Source of the DNA: Vicugna vicugna
Lineage: Eukaryota
DNA: 64,000 nt
Direction of reading: 5' to 3'
NCBI GenBank assembly: GCA_013265495.1
Contig: MU062090.1
Span: 3,845,679-3,909,678, forward strand
Below the pieces are notes generated by a model that saw only the letters and a program-made list of their open reading frames with translations, ran no database searches and was not told the origin of the DNA. Shown piece by piece: positions 12,641 to 26,136 of this stretch (position 1 is the first letter of the stretch; every line of letters starts with the position of its first letter). The translations under genes and the position numbers were made by a program.

Positions 12641-15600
12641 TAGCCAATTAAATAATTATTGTTATTATCCAAAGATAAACACATATAATCAGTTTGAGAA
12701 GAAACATCTGTAAAAACCACTTTATCTATACACTGAGTCAGTTGATTCACTGCATTTTGCTTGATTAAATAATAGTGAAATGGGTAATAATAACATACAT
12801 GTGATACTTCAGCATTTAAGAAGTACTCCCTCATGAACAAATAATTTGGCACCAACTCTGTGAGTTAGAAAAGATAAAGTGTTCTTATTTACAAAGCAGG
12901 AAAAAAAAAGGAACCAAGATACAACATCCAAGAGAAAAAACAAAAGAAAAAACTATAAATACCAGAATAGACCAAGGAGATTAAGGGGAAAGGAAAACCT
13001 TTCTAGAAGGTTAATTTGTCACAACAAACACATTCAAATAATCAGAGTGGAAAAAACATCATATCAGTTAGTGAATTGATGTTGTCAAATCAACTGATGG
13101 GGACCAAATGAATGTCAGACTTATTTAACCTTTTTGTCTTATAAGCTAGCTACTGATATCTCAAGTTTAAACAATTCAGTCCGCACTATTTGTTATGCTT
13201 ATGACTCTTAACACATACATTATCACAGATAAAATATATCATAAAAACATTTATATAAAATAAGCACCATTTTTATAATACACAAGTTTGTAAAAAAGCA
13301 CATTATTGAGTAAAGTTTTACATTTTCTACTTTTAAAAATTATACATTTGTAGATGGAAATACAGTTACTGTATTTACCTATTATTTAAATTACTGATCA
13401 ACAAAACACAATATAGATTTTGGAGCAACAGTTCTCACACTGAACGATGGTGGGCTGGAAGCTTGGGAAACAGTTTCCCTCCTTAGCTGAATATGGCCAG
13501 TCTTTTCTCAGTTCACATTTATTTAAATTTTCTTTAACATTTTGACCAATAAAAGTTTTTCCTTTAAAAAACTGACGCCTGATAATTGTTGAGTCTGACA
13601 AAGTGAATGTCCTACTGTCATAAATTATGTATTGATAGAATGTTTTAGGTGATACTGTGCCTGTTAGACAGTTAATAAATGTTTGTGGTCACATACAATT
13701 GTGTCTAAGATTTCTGTACCACATACCTATCACAGAGTTATAGTTTCTCTAAGTTCTGATTCCCAATCATGTAATATAATCTAATATTCCAATAATTCAT
13801 ATCCCACCTTGGGCACCGTGATATTCAGATGCTTCTTGATCAGGTTTGATAACCATTGCTTTTGAAGTATGCACATATTTGGATCATTCATTTATGTTTT
13901 ATTATTCTAAATTTCCTTGAATATATCTTTGTTGAGTAAGTATATATAAGGCAGCACACTTGGTTAGTTAAATTTATTTGGAATAGATTCATTGTTATCA
14001 TTGAGGTTTCCACTTCAAGTGGCCTTACACTAATGGAAAAAAAAAGCTAATGCAGCTTTTCTTAATGGCTGCAAGAGGAGGTATTACTAATAAAGCTTCT
14101 CAGAGGCCTCTTTGGCTCTTATATAATAAACTTAAAGAATTCAGGTGTGTGTGGCTTGAATCTAGGAACTATGCTTATCATTTATTGCAGAAATTGATAG
14201 CTGAGGCAAATAAGATATTGCCAAAGTATGTAGGCAAAACTGTCTTTTAAACATATAAAATATAAGTGTGGAATAAAATATGCTAAAGAAGTTATAAAAA
14301 TGTTTAAAATTCAGATTATTTTTTGGAGGAGGCAATGAAATCATTAGAGGACCATGAACCTCTCACTGGCTTCAACCCCTTACATCTATATAAAACTACA
14401 GCTCCCAGATACAGCATAGACATTTAATAAACGGTGACATTGCAAGTTTGGAAGGTCTCTGACACTAAAGCTAAAATTCAAAGGGATTTCTGTAAAGCAT
14501 AGTTCACTGACCCTCCTAAGCCAGAAGAATTTTTCATACGTCTTGGAAAAAACAGAATCCAAAGGCAAGAGATGAAAGACATGAGACCAGAGATAAGAGA
14601 TAAAAAGTTTTGGTTCTGTGAGTCTCAGTTTCCTTCCTCAGTTTCCTATAAAAAATGACTAGAGGAGCTTTAAGGTCTTTTCCAGTTCTGCGTTTCTATG
14701 ATTCCAAGTACACAGGATTCTCTATTCCAGAAGGGTTGATCCCCTTGTTTTGTTTGATTACCTAACACATAATATAGCTAGGTTAGAGAATCTCAAATTT
14801 TATGAACGGAGGATATATTTTAGCCTGATCCGATATGAGCTGTGTTTCACATGGGATTGCATTTTACTAGTTTTTAAATTTAAGTAAGTATACATACATA
14901 TACAAGTCATGTAGAAATGGAGGTGTTTATAAGTAAGAAAGATTTTTTTTTCTGGATACTATAGTCGACACATTTATTTGTAATAATTTGGAAATTTTAA
15001 TGGATTTTAACAGAAAATGTCTAAATATATAACCCAAAAAGAAATCCTCCACAACCTTTTCACCATCGTCCACATAAATAGGTCTGTGTGTGTGTGTGTA
15101 GCTGGGGATAATCTATGTTAAACATTTAGTAAATGATATGACGACCATTAGTGAACAATAGACCTTAACAACTCTAGTATTACTAGAATCCATACACTTC
15201 AATTATGACATGACAACAACTTACATAACCATTTAGCAATTCTCAAAAAGAAGTGATACTCATTCCAGTGTGCTAGTAAACATTCTTGCTTTGGAATTTT
15301 TAATGCATTTAAATAACCCCCCTGGGTTGTTCAAAATATGGTATGTAAAACTCTTATAAAATGCCCAGATGTTAGCAAAACTATAGTCTTGTATTTTCTA
15401 ACACATATTTCTGTATAACTTTTATAATGTTTCATTTTAAAAGAATACAACTTATTTCACACCTTCCTAATTGTCTTTAATGTTTTTAAAAAGTATTCCC
15501 TTAATTTCTCATATTACTTAGACAAAAAAAGAAAGGCAGATCTCTTTAAAAAGTTTCGTCAACATTTTACTTTGCATTTCAAAGCTCCTTTTTGAGAAAT

Positions 15601-18600
15601 ACTTACCAGCTCATAGCTGATCTGTGGGAAACTATAAAGTAATACAAGCCTTGCTTAGAATACTCTCAGGCAATTAGTAGAAACACCATAAAAATGTGTG
15701 ATCAGGGTATCCAGACAAAGCATTTTTTGAGGACTCACTCAAGTATAGATTTTCCCCCATTTTTAACAAAAGATATTTCTTGAGACACTAGTTTTTCAAA
15801 ACACCCCTCAAAAAAGGAAATACCTAGTTAAGCAATTTGGAATTCTTTGCATACTGTGCCTTCCTATTTGAAATTCACAAATCTATATTAAAGCTCCAAA
15901 CAAGTATTACAGTGAAGGACACTACATGTTTAACCCAGAGCATTCTAGGTGTTGTTATTGACTATAAGACCCAAGCAGTTCTCCTCTTCTGCCCACTTTC
16001 TCCTTATTAAATATCATTAATTTGTAATTCCATGGGATACTCATTGCTTGAGGCCTCACGGCCTGGGAGCCGCTATACCATAGCCTTGATACTGTGTCTG
16101 CCTCAAGGCCAGAGTCGAGTCCAAGAAGCAGGTGTTTAGGAAAAGGGTACAAACCCAGAAAATCCATGAGGGTTGTTCAAAGCAGAATTACAAGCTTGCT
16201 TGATATTTCGTAGCACACAATGAGCTTGCTGATTGTTTACTGTTTTCAGTAACTTTAGAAATGCGGTGAAATGGATGAGCTACAAGTGTGACTTGCTAAC
16301 TGAACAATGACTGCTTTTCTAGCTGCACAATCTTTAAAGGAAATTTCAACAGTTTAAAGGTGAAATATGTCTTTGTTTCAGAAACACCTAGAAAATAGGA
16401 AGAAACTGATAGACTGTATGTTTTCAAATAATCAAAGTATTCACAGAATATGAAAAATTTCACAAATGTAGGCAGGACATGAGTTAAGCTATTCAGGTGG
16501 ACCAAACTTTGTCCTGAAGCCTCCGCATGTTACTCAACTGGCATCAGGAAGGTCTTCCATGTTAAAAGAAATAAACTGTGGTGACTATAGCCTAACAATG
16601 CAATGTTTTCAATACCACTGAACTGTACACTTAAAAAGGGTTAAGTTGGTAAATTTTATGTTGTGTTTTGCCACAATTTAAAAAAGTAATCTAATGTTGC
16701 TTTCAGACAACATTAAAATAGCAACATATTTTTTATTGCTTGAGAGAATTACTTGCCTTGTTATAAAACCAAATTCTTCAAAATGTCTAAATACTCCCCC
16801 CTTTCACTGGGAAACGCTTATCTTGACTAACAGAGAAAGCAGCAGTGGTTACTGAAAAGAATAAAAGAAATATTTTCTTTTTTCCTCTACTTCCACTACC
16901 CAAATCTCCATGCTATTAGAGCTACAATAACAGATTTGAAAGTGGACTTCCCTTTCACATTGCAAAAAATAATATAGTTTTCTATAAATGTAAAATGGTG
17001 TTTCATGAGTTTTTAAAAAAATATTTCATTTCCTGTAGTGGCATTAAGAGTAAAACCTGGTGTATGGATTTTTTAAGGTTAGGTAAAATACATTTGTTTT
17101 ATCAAAGTGTGTATTAATATAGGAGAATTAACAAATTTGTGAGAAATAGACTTAGGAAAGGATTAATGAACTATAAAAGGATTGATGAACTATAAAACTC
17201 ACTGCAAAGCTAAGAATGTTTTAAAAACATTGTTCTCCTTGGCTAATATCATATACTAGATTGTAAGTTTCTGTGGGCAGGGAACACATCCATCTTGCTG
17301 ACCACTATTTTTTTCATGCCCCTAATTGTACCTAGTGTTGTAGACAATAAATACTTCTGAGTGAATTAGTAAATTCAGGAGAGAGCTAAAATACAGAAAA
17401 CTGCTTCTTAAGTAATGGTTAAAATGTGACACTAACGAAGGCCATTTTTCAATTAATAAATGATTTGAAATATTACCAATGGACCATTTATACATCTCAT
17501 CAGTCACAGGCTCCATTATCCATCAAATGCATGTTAAACACTCGCTACCAAATTTATCCAAACCTTACATATGGAATTTTATTCACAAACCAATGCTCTA
17601 CATTTCAAGAGACCAATATTGTCAACACTTAAGCGCTTCATATCCAATTCTTCACATGAATCTTTTGGTCTGATGGACTATTGTTGAACTTCTCTCATTA
17701 AGTCTGAATAATAAAATTGTATTTGATAGATATTCTTGTATTTTTTAAGTGGAGGCATTATTATAAAATTTTCTATGTAGCTTTAAGATATCCAGTGGAA
17801 GAATATTAAAAAAGTATTAATATTAGTCATTTGAATGAATATTCTTCAGAATTTGAGCTATTTGCACGTAAACCTTAAAATGAGGAATGATTAAATGGTG
17901 TTTCATGTAATCCTGACAAAAGATTTAGAGATGAAAACGTATGTCAGTATTTGGAAGAATATATAAAAAAGAGAAGTGTACTACTTTTAAATATATCTCC
18001 TAGACTTTAATTGTTGGTTTTTGTGTTTTTTTGATTTAGAAAAGCTAAAATATAAGCAGAAAAAGTAGAACATAGTTTCCACATGATTAGCAAAGAGTCC
18101 AAACTTTGGAATCACTTTGAAATCTATTTTAAAAGCTCAGCTACTTTGATTTTTTTTGTTGTTGTTATAGAACCATGAAAAGTTATTTCAACTGAATTGC
18201 GTACATAACTCCTAGAGTGTAGACAGTTGCTATTATTTGTTCACTTCATCAAAATGCTGTTTTAAATTCTTGCTACATCTGTATTACCAGGTCCTGGAGA
18301 AGCCAAGGTGAAGGAGGCCCAGGAGAAGCCAAACCCTCTTTGCTGTTTCTAACAAAGGAAATGCCATTCTTGCCACTAACTCTTGGAATGATTTCCAAGT
18401 TCTCTAAAAATAATTTAACCTGTGTCAAATAGCTGTCTCATCTGGAAAACTCAATAAATGAATGTAGAAGTTAGAAAGAGTAGGGGGAAAGTTAGGTGTC
18501 AAATTGAAATGGTATATCCCAGGCATTTTAGACTGAAACTCCAAATTAGCCAGTTCACTTCCATCCATCTGCTCACTTTTCTTTAAACTTGAGCTATATT

Positions 18601-19860
18601 ATTGCAGAAAAGCATAGTAATCCCCACTCTGATCTTGTATTTCAAATAAAAGAGACTGAAACATCACAGCGTAGGCACCTTTGTAAAGGAGTATTATGGG
18701 TAGATGAATTTCTGTTCGGGTCAGCATTTCTACATTCAAAGGGCAGCTTATATAGGGAGGAAAAGTAGAAGGAGTTATATAAAGTATTTCTACCCAATGA
18801 CAATGATTCTAATTTGTCATTGGACTTTAGTTTAAAGAGAATATGCCTATTAAATCATGCTTCACTTTAAACAGTAATTGAATTTTTAAAAATTTTGTAC
18901 AAATTATATCTTGGTAGCCAAATTACATTTCACTGTACCTGAATAGCTGTTGACATGCAGAAAGCTCAGGTAAATCCTTGTAGAAGTAAAAAAGTATGCT
19001 ATATTTCTTTGTTCAGAAATGTGAGTCATTATAAGATACTGAAAAAAATTAACAAAGAAATATGGGTCATTGTATGCTATTTTCTTAATTTAAAGCATTT
19101 TAACATGCCAGTTATTAAAAGTGAATTTTTAAATTCCGTTATATGACTTTGCAAGGAAATTCTATTTTATAATTTTCCATCTGTTAAATTATTTCAGATT
19201 AACATTTATTATATGCTGGTCCATGAATGAAATGCCATTGCCTACAATGATTTTTAGACATCTGCTAGTGTCCTCAAAGAGAAGAACTGAAATATTTTTA
19301 GAAGGGATGACTTACCACATGACTATTAACTTTTGCAGGGTCCCACTTAAGATTTTTTTAAGGTGACTAAAAGAAAAATGGAAACCTCCTGGGCTTTAAA
19401 TATTTTTCTATTTTCTTTTTGATATGAAAAATAAACCTATAAAAATTTTGTAAAAAAAAAAAGGTGAGAGGGTGCTGCAGTAACTTGCATTAATTCCTGT
19501 TGGCTGGTATAACAATGAAAGCAAAAGTCAGTTTGTCTAATCCGTCAGGCGTTAGTGCAAATACAGGTGCACGCTATGACTCTGCTTTCCCACTCTCATA
19601 ATTTGCTTTAGAGCTTGAGGTGGAAAAGAGGATGAGAGGAGATAATATATGGGCCATCTGCCATTTGCCAAGAACTGTGCTTAACATTTTACATATGGCT
19701 TCTCACTTATAAAGAGTTAAGCAATACACAAGAAAAAAAAATTCAACCTAAATAAATCTCTTACTTTTCTTTTTCCTGCCAAATTCTTGTCTGTCTTAAT
19801 AGGTGACACCATTTCTAATAAAGAGAAACCTGATTACTTATTTTTTTCCTATTTGCAGTC

Positions 19861-19863
<3 letters not shown>

Positions 19864-19900
<37 letters not shown>
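19864..19900. repeat. (TG)n microsatellite
   Basis: Uninterrupted TG run. Confidence 0.95.
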
Positions 19901-19904
<4 letters not shown>

Positions 19905-20404
19905 AGTCTTGAAATGGAGTCCAGTGGTGGATGGCAGCCCAGAAAAGAATGCTGCTTTTATATATCCTATTCTCTTTGCAGGTCAGCTGAGGATAGTTGA
20001 GAGAAGCTTGAAAAATAAAAGGTAAAGAAGATGAGCAAATACTCAGAATGAAGCATAGCTCTCAGTCAATCAGATACAAATAGTTAAAGTGAATTTAAAT
20101 ATAAACAGAAAATTTTAATTCCAAATACTGTAGATGGAGGGTAAAAAAGGATAAATTGATTGCAGCTCTTTAAAGACCAAAGCAAATTTATAAGTAATCT
20201 CTTAGAGAGCTAGCTAATCAATTCCTTTATATTACTTAATAATGTTATATTTGACATGGCGGCCTATTGTAGTCATGCTGTATCTCTGTTAAATGTGCTG
20301 AGATATAGGAAGATAAATGTTAAGTAGAGATCAGAACTATACTGCATGGATAACACCAAGTATTTTTCATAAACCTTCCATCAATTCTATCTTAAATAAG
20401 TTTT

Positions 20405-20510
20405 TTTTAATTCTTAGTTTTTATTGAAGTGTAGTCAGTTTACAATGTTAGTTTCAGGCACACAGCAAAGTGATTCAGTTATACATATATATATATTATT
20501 CAGTTTCTTG
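20405..20510 (-). mobile_element. Short cetartiodactyl-type L1 3' end
   Basis: tttttattgaagtgtagtcagtttacaatgttagtttcagg..cagcaaagtgattcagttatacatatat. Confidence 0.7.
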
Positions 20511-21323
20511 TTATGAGCTGTAATGGAAAAGAATCTGAAAAACAATCTTCAGTTTTGCTTTGAAAGTTACACTAGACATTATGCATAAGTCAAATATCTA
20601 GTCAGATAATTTCAGTATTCTCTATTTTTATCCCCCAAAGGATGGATAACATGAGTAACAACATTTCCAATCAAGAAAATTATTCTTCTTTCATGTGAAT
20701 TAACCTGTCATATGAAATGTTAAATACTGATCAACTAGTTGAGAGCAAAAACACGATGATATTTATTGCTGTATCTTTCTGGGGCTTATCAAAGGACTCA
20801 TGCTTACAAATGGCTATAGAACTGACCCAAAGGATGAGCCATGTGAGTCAAGACTACAATGTGGATTAAAAACCTGATTCCAGTCAGGCCCTACTCTACG
20901 GGGAATCTGTGTCCCCCAGAGCAGGCTAAGCACTTGTCTTGATCACTTCTACTCACTTTTCCTTCCTGTCCACTGACCAGTGAAGGGGAGAACACACTAA
21001 ACACTTTGATGATTCATTGTAAGTGTGGACGTCATGCTTTCACCCTGATCTTTATGCGGCTAACGTCTTAATGGTCTCCCACACCAAAAGCCGTGTTTGA
21101 AATACAATACCTTAACAATCTGAAGCTGACTGAGCTGTGAAGCAGGATACTGAGAATAAATAGATGAAATTCTAGACATTTCTAAAGAGGATCCAGCTAC
21201 TTAATGGCCACTGAGGTCTTCAGTGAATAGGTGTGAATATTTCAGTGTAGTCCAACCTGAACTGAAAAGCAGTTCTTACTTCCAAATTTAAATACCGCCT
21301 GTGCATATAAAAAAGGAGTTTCA

Positions 21324-21329
21324 TTTATT
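21324..21329 (-). promoter_or_regulatory. Candidate polyadenylation signal (AATAAA) for the EGF gene
   Basis: AATAAA on the minus strand about 275 nt after the stop, followed by a U-rich tract. AATAAA is common in AT-rich DNA. Confidence 0.3.
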
Positions 21330-21604
21330 AGTCCAAAATGTTACTACAATTGGGATCTTGAAAAAACATTCTCTTTTTCTCGGGCATGTTCTTCAGCAAA
21401 AGGAAGTTGGGAAGGGTAGGCTAGAGAATGGAACGTATGCTTGGAGGCCATAAAGTTGAGACGTCCTGTTTTTCACCTCACAACAGGCGAGGTTGGGCCG
21501 AAGATGGTTGAGTAAGTACATTTCTCTGCCAAAGTTAAGATGATGAACCGTGGGTGAACCTCAGCAACATTCTATTCATCCACTGAAAAGCTGTTAGTAT
21601 TTGG

Positions 21605-21756
21605 TTATTGAGGGTTGTCCAAACCATCCTCTGCACAGGTTGGTCCCACTCTCCTCGCAGGGCAAGTGCAGATCTCGCTGAGGGGGTTACAGCCAGCTAT
21701 GTGGACACACTGGCACTTCAAAGAGCAGTTAGGGCCATCCTGGCCTGACCTGCATT
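21605..21756 (-). CDS. EGFEM1: Probable last coding exon: CRSGQDGPNCSLKCQCVHIAGCNPLSEICTCPARRVGPTCAEDGLDNPQ*
   Basis: cag|AA acceptor at 21758-21757, 8 Cys, no strong donor at the usual 129-bp position, TAA at 21607-21605. Corresponds to the last EGF repeat of MEGF6 as recalled. Confidence 0.85.
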
Positions 21757-24049
21757 CTGTGAGGTGAAAAATCAAAATAAAACCAATTGAAATATGCTTT
21801 TCTATCACACAGTCTTTTTACTACTATTTCTTGGAATTCAGTAAGATAATGATAGGCTTGTAAAGAATTCTGGTTAACCATGTCATATCTTTTCCCCATG
21901 CAAGAATGTTATATAAGAAAAGTAAGGACTTTAATGGAAAACAGGAGGAGGCTGGGGAGTGTCAAGGAAGTTAGTGACAAAGTTCAAAAAAGAAAACAGG
22001 ACAGCAACTTATAGTTTTCCAGTGTCTTCTCAGAATTAGATTATTCAATAGAGCTGATAGCAGTCCATCGTGAGGGACATGGGGAAAATGGATTAGGTGT
22101 CTTAAGGCCAGGAAAAGGCGATACTCACCCAGAGTACACAATTATAGGAAATTTGTCCTTAGGTTAAAAACACAATTATTTGTGCTTATGTTATTGAAAA
22201 TGATGTGACTTTAAATTCAACTCTTTCATCTCTTAAACTGCGTCAGAAGGACCATGGAGCCCCTGTGAAGTCCTGCTGTGTGTACTAAAGGGAGGTAACT
22301 GTCTTTAAGTTGAATTGCATTGTGGTTGCAGTCAGGAGAAAAATGAAGAACGGGGATCAGAAAGTGTCAGCTTTATCAAAATAGCAGAACGTGGACTGAA
22401 AGGGGCCCCCCAGACATCACATCCCAGCCTGCGTCTCTGGTCTCAGTCTGATATCCAGCAGAGAATTAGCAGAGAATTAACAGGTTCTGTTTCTGAAGGA
22501 TTGTGAGGTCGGGAAGAAAGCCAAGCCCAACCCATGGAAACAGAAAATGGTTTCATATTTCCCAGGCAGTCAGGCAAGACTGGGAAATAACTCAATTTAC
22601 CGACGTTTAAGGACCAGAGAAACTTAACTTTGCAAGAACAACAGTCACCTAGCTCTATACCATTTTTCAAAATGGGCTCCTAATACATTATCTTAATTGG
22701 TTCTAATGAATTCCTGTGAGGTAGGAGAGGCAGTGAGGTAAGCTCTCATTCTAGAAAGAGATAGCTAAGGTTTGATGTGTCTTAAGGGACCTTCTCAAAT
22801 CCCTGATAAATGACAGAGCTGGATTTCTAAATTCTCACCTAGTGCTCAGTCCTCATTCTGCCCCACTATCTGGAAAGACCAAAGATGTCAAGCATATGCA
22901 GAAGAAAGCCCAGATCAGAAAGTGGAAACTGGAAAGTGAAAACTTCAGAGATACCAATACAAGTATAAAGATACAGGTGGTAGAGCAAAGTCCGAATCTG
23001 TGAGCAAAAGTTTGCTAAGCATTTCTTTATTGCCTCAAAATTCTCTTTGCTAGGTTAGAGATCCACCCTAAATATTCCATGAGCAGTTGGATATTTATTT
23101 GATTTTATTTTTCTTTCTTGGATAAGGAAGGTAGGATAGGGTGTGGACTAGCTCTCATTTTAATTAACTTGTTAGATTTTAAATACGAGATCAAGGGAAG
23201 CATAACAATTTTGCGATTTATTCTTTTTACATAGATGCAATGTGAGCAAACAGTAATTTAATCCCTTCTAAATCAAGGAACATCAGGTAGGTAAAAGACA
23301 CTGTGAAGGTGATGCAAATACTGCTCTGAAATGACTCTGTTCTTTAAACCATCAAACTTTATGGGGAAAAAAAAAGCCTGTGTCATTTCAAATTTAACCT
23401 AACACACCTCCCTCTGCCCAGTGTGTGGGATGATTACTTAGTTTGGTGGTGAGACCTAGTTTTCTTGCTTGAAACAGTTATGAGTCAGGATCTCTCCTGA
23501 GGAGTTCAGAATCTGATTTTAATTTTTAAAAATACCACATTTTCGTGTTAATAACGATGTGTATTTAAGACATCTGTTTGAATGTCTGCAAATGTTAATT
23601 TACCAAGGGGGTGGGGAAGTAATCCAATAAAAAGCTGCTACATTCTTTCATGAATTAATATTATAGCTGTTTAATAGGGTCTTTACCAGAGTTCAAATTA
23701 AAATGAGGGCTTTTATCTTTATAGTGCCTGCATAGACACAGCTGTTCACAGTTAACATCACAGATGAACTGGGCCTAATTGAAGATAAAAATGCAAATAA
23801 AAGATCCTGCAGCACGTCTGTGTAGCCGTGGGTACCCCAAAGAGCTCACAACAAGAGAGGCCTTGAGGTGCCCACTGAGAATGGATACGTTAATACATAG
23901 GATCCACGATCACGTGACAATTTACTTGTGGATGCAGAAGACGGTGTGATAGGAAATTTAGTCCACAGACATTCCATCGAGTGAGGCTTTCATTTCCAAA
24001 CTGTCCATAAACTCTTCAGGTTTACTGCTTCGTTTTAAGCCTCTGCTAA

Positions 24050-24225
24050 ATGCTGTCCAATAGAACTTTCTGCAATGACGAAAATCTTCCCCCTTGACCT
24101 ATTCAATACTGTAGCCACTGGCCATGTGTGGCCACTGAGCACTTGAAATGTCACGTGTGACTAAGGAAAGGAATTCGAAATGGACCTACATTTAAATTAA
24201 ACAGCACCCGTGGTTAACGGACAAT
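24050..24225. mobile_element. MER3-like hAT-Charlie non-autonomous DNA transposon
   Basis: gctgtccaatagaactttctgcaatgacgaaaat..gtagccactggccatgtgtggccactgagcacttgaaatg. Confidence 0.75.
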
Positions 24226-24279
24226 GCCGGCAGACAACCAAAAGGGATTCCTAATCCTTTCTCTCCCTTGAGAGGCAGT

Positions 24280-24500
24280 AGAGTGGGGTTGTTTAAAGTC
24301 TAGCTCTGGATCCAGACTGCTTGTTTCAGATCCCCAATCTCCCACTTAACTAGCTGCGTAATCTTGAGCAAGTTACTTAACCTGTTTAGAGGCTTCAGCT
24401 CCCAGCTTCCTCATCTATAAAATGGGAATGGTGATAACAGTAAAGGTGCTATACTATAGTATAAATGAAAATGCCTGCCATGTAACATGCATTCAATAAA
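24280..24500 (+). mobile_element. MIR SINE
   Basis: gctctggatccagactgc..cttgagcaagttacttaacc..ttcctcatctataaaatggg. Confidence 0.75.
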
Positions 24501-26007
24501 CATGAGTGGTTTTCTCTAAGATTTAATGAAGCCACACATGCTATAAGCACTCTGCCTTTAGTGAGCACTTCACTGGTGCCATGTGTCATGTGGCTTCATC
24601 AAGATGTCATGTGGATGTTTATTCTGACAGATTTAGTTTATTTGACAAAGTTCAGGTATTCTGTCTATCATGACTCTATGAAGAATGCTGAGTAGGGAAG
24701 CAAGAATCACCTCCACAAAAATTTGCTGAAGGCTATCATGTGCTAGACTTTATTCTAAGCATTTTTGATAAAAGACAGACTCAAGCAGCTTGCAGTGCAG
24801 TGAGACACAAGGATTAGAGAATTAAATGAAGAGTCTTTGCAGAAAAGAAATGTCGGTATCTATAAGCTCCTGAGTTGGAAGATCCTAAAGTATTCAGACT
24901 TAATATCGAAAACCCCTTGGGCTTATTCTGTACATGTACACAAAAAGGGAAGACGTAGGGATAGGGAGGGATACAAGACTCTAACGAGACACTGGAGGCT
25001 CCTTATTCTGGACCACATACAGATACTTACATCACACAAACGGTATGGTCTACCAATAGCATCACCCTAGATACGAAACCAGACTACTTTGGATCTCATC
25101 TTGGCTCTGCCACATTCTTCCTCTCTGTGCCTCAGCCCCTTTATCTGTCAAACAGGAATAGGAACAGCAAGACCCCCACAGGGCTGTGCTAAGGATGAAA
25201 TGAACACAAGTGAAGTGTTTGGGGTGATGCCTGGCATTCAAAGAAAGCAGCCATCATTGCTCTTTCTCAGAAGCAAGGTGGGGTGTGGGAGACGGTGCTG
25301 CACAAACAGCCCTCTCCTGTAGCCTGGACGGTTACCACGACTTTCTCAGCATTATTGAAATCCCAGGTTGCGTAATCATAGATTTGTACTGGAAATGATC
25401 TTAGAAATACATAGCCTCAACCCTTCTTTTTGGCGGACGAGAAAAGTAAATTTTGAGGTTAAAATCTCTATTTCGGTCATATCTGTGGCAGGGTCAGTCC
25501 TTCAGGGCTATTTCGAATTTAATATAAAACCTTTTCCCCTAGTAAGCATTCATTAAGTTTAAGAGCAAGGGATAAGTCAACGATTCATTCAGTCTACTTT
25601 CTCCTTTTTTTTAAAAGCTTTTGCTTGAAGAATTTGAACTTTACATTTGAGGGTATTCCTCCTGTGAGTGGAAAGAAAAAGTATGAATTTCAATTCCCAA
25701 AGAATAGTTGAGAACTGGATTCTTAAGAGCACCACCTGGACTGAACCTTAATTGCCTTCATTCTAGTTATTTCTCCGAATCGCAGTTTTCAACTGCATCA
25801 TTTTGGGGTCTGTCTTCTGCCAGCTGTGGTGCTGGTTTGTGGTGCCAACAATGTAGCAACTACCTACCCTGATTAATCAGACTAAGGCAAGGTGACCAGC
25901 AGTGGCAGGGCGATGTCCATCGAGCAACATTTTCAGTATGGAAATGTCTGTATATCTCCAAATAATCCATGAGTCAGAGGGACATCCCGAGGTGCTTGGG
26001 TTCATAC

Positions 26008-26136
26008 CAACATCACATCTGGCTCCAGTCCTCCCAGGTGAGCAGAGGCATTTTCCAGTTACTGGGTGGCAGGAGCTTTCTCTGTCACAGTCACAAAGTT
26101 GGTGGCAATTGTCTCCAAACAGTCCAGGTGAACACT
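26008..26136 (-). pseudogene. EGFEM1: EGF-repeat exon with a lost acceptor, 129 bp: CSPGLFGDNCHQLCDCDRESSCHPVTGKCLCSPGRTGARCDV
   Basis: 8 Cys and a G|gtatga donor at 26007-26006, but the expected in-frame acceptor position (26138-26137) reads AA. Confidence 0.88.

Noticed and set aside
17161-17198. Short tandem duplications (19 bp here; similar ones near 22460 and 41300)
   Set aside because: Two-copy slippage duplications without spacers; ordinary, and not a CRISPR-like array.
320-20000. Short ORFs (60-96 aa) in the supplied track for the first 20 kb
   Set aside because: They show no domain similarity or splice-consistent structure, many lie in repeats, and their lengths are what chance would give.
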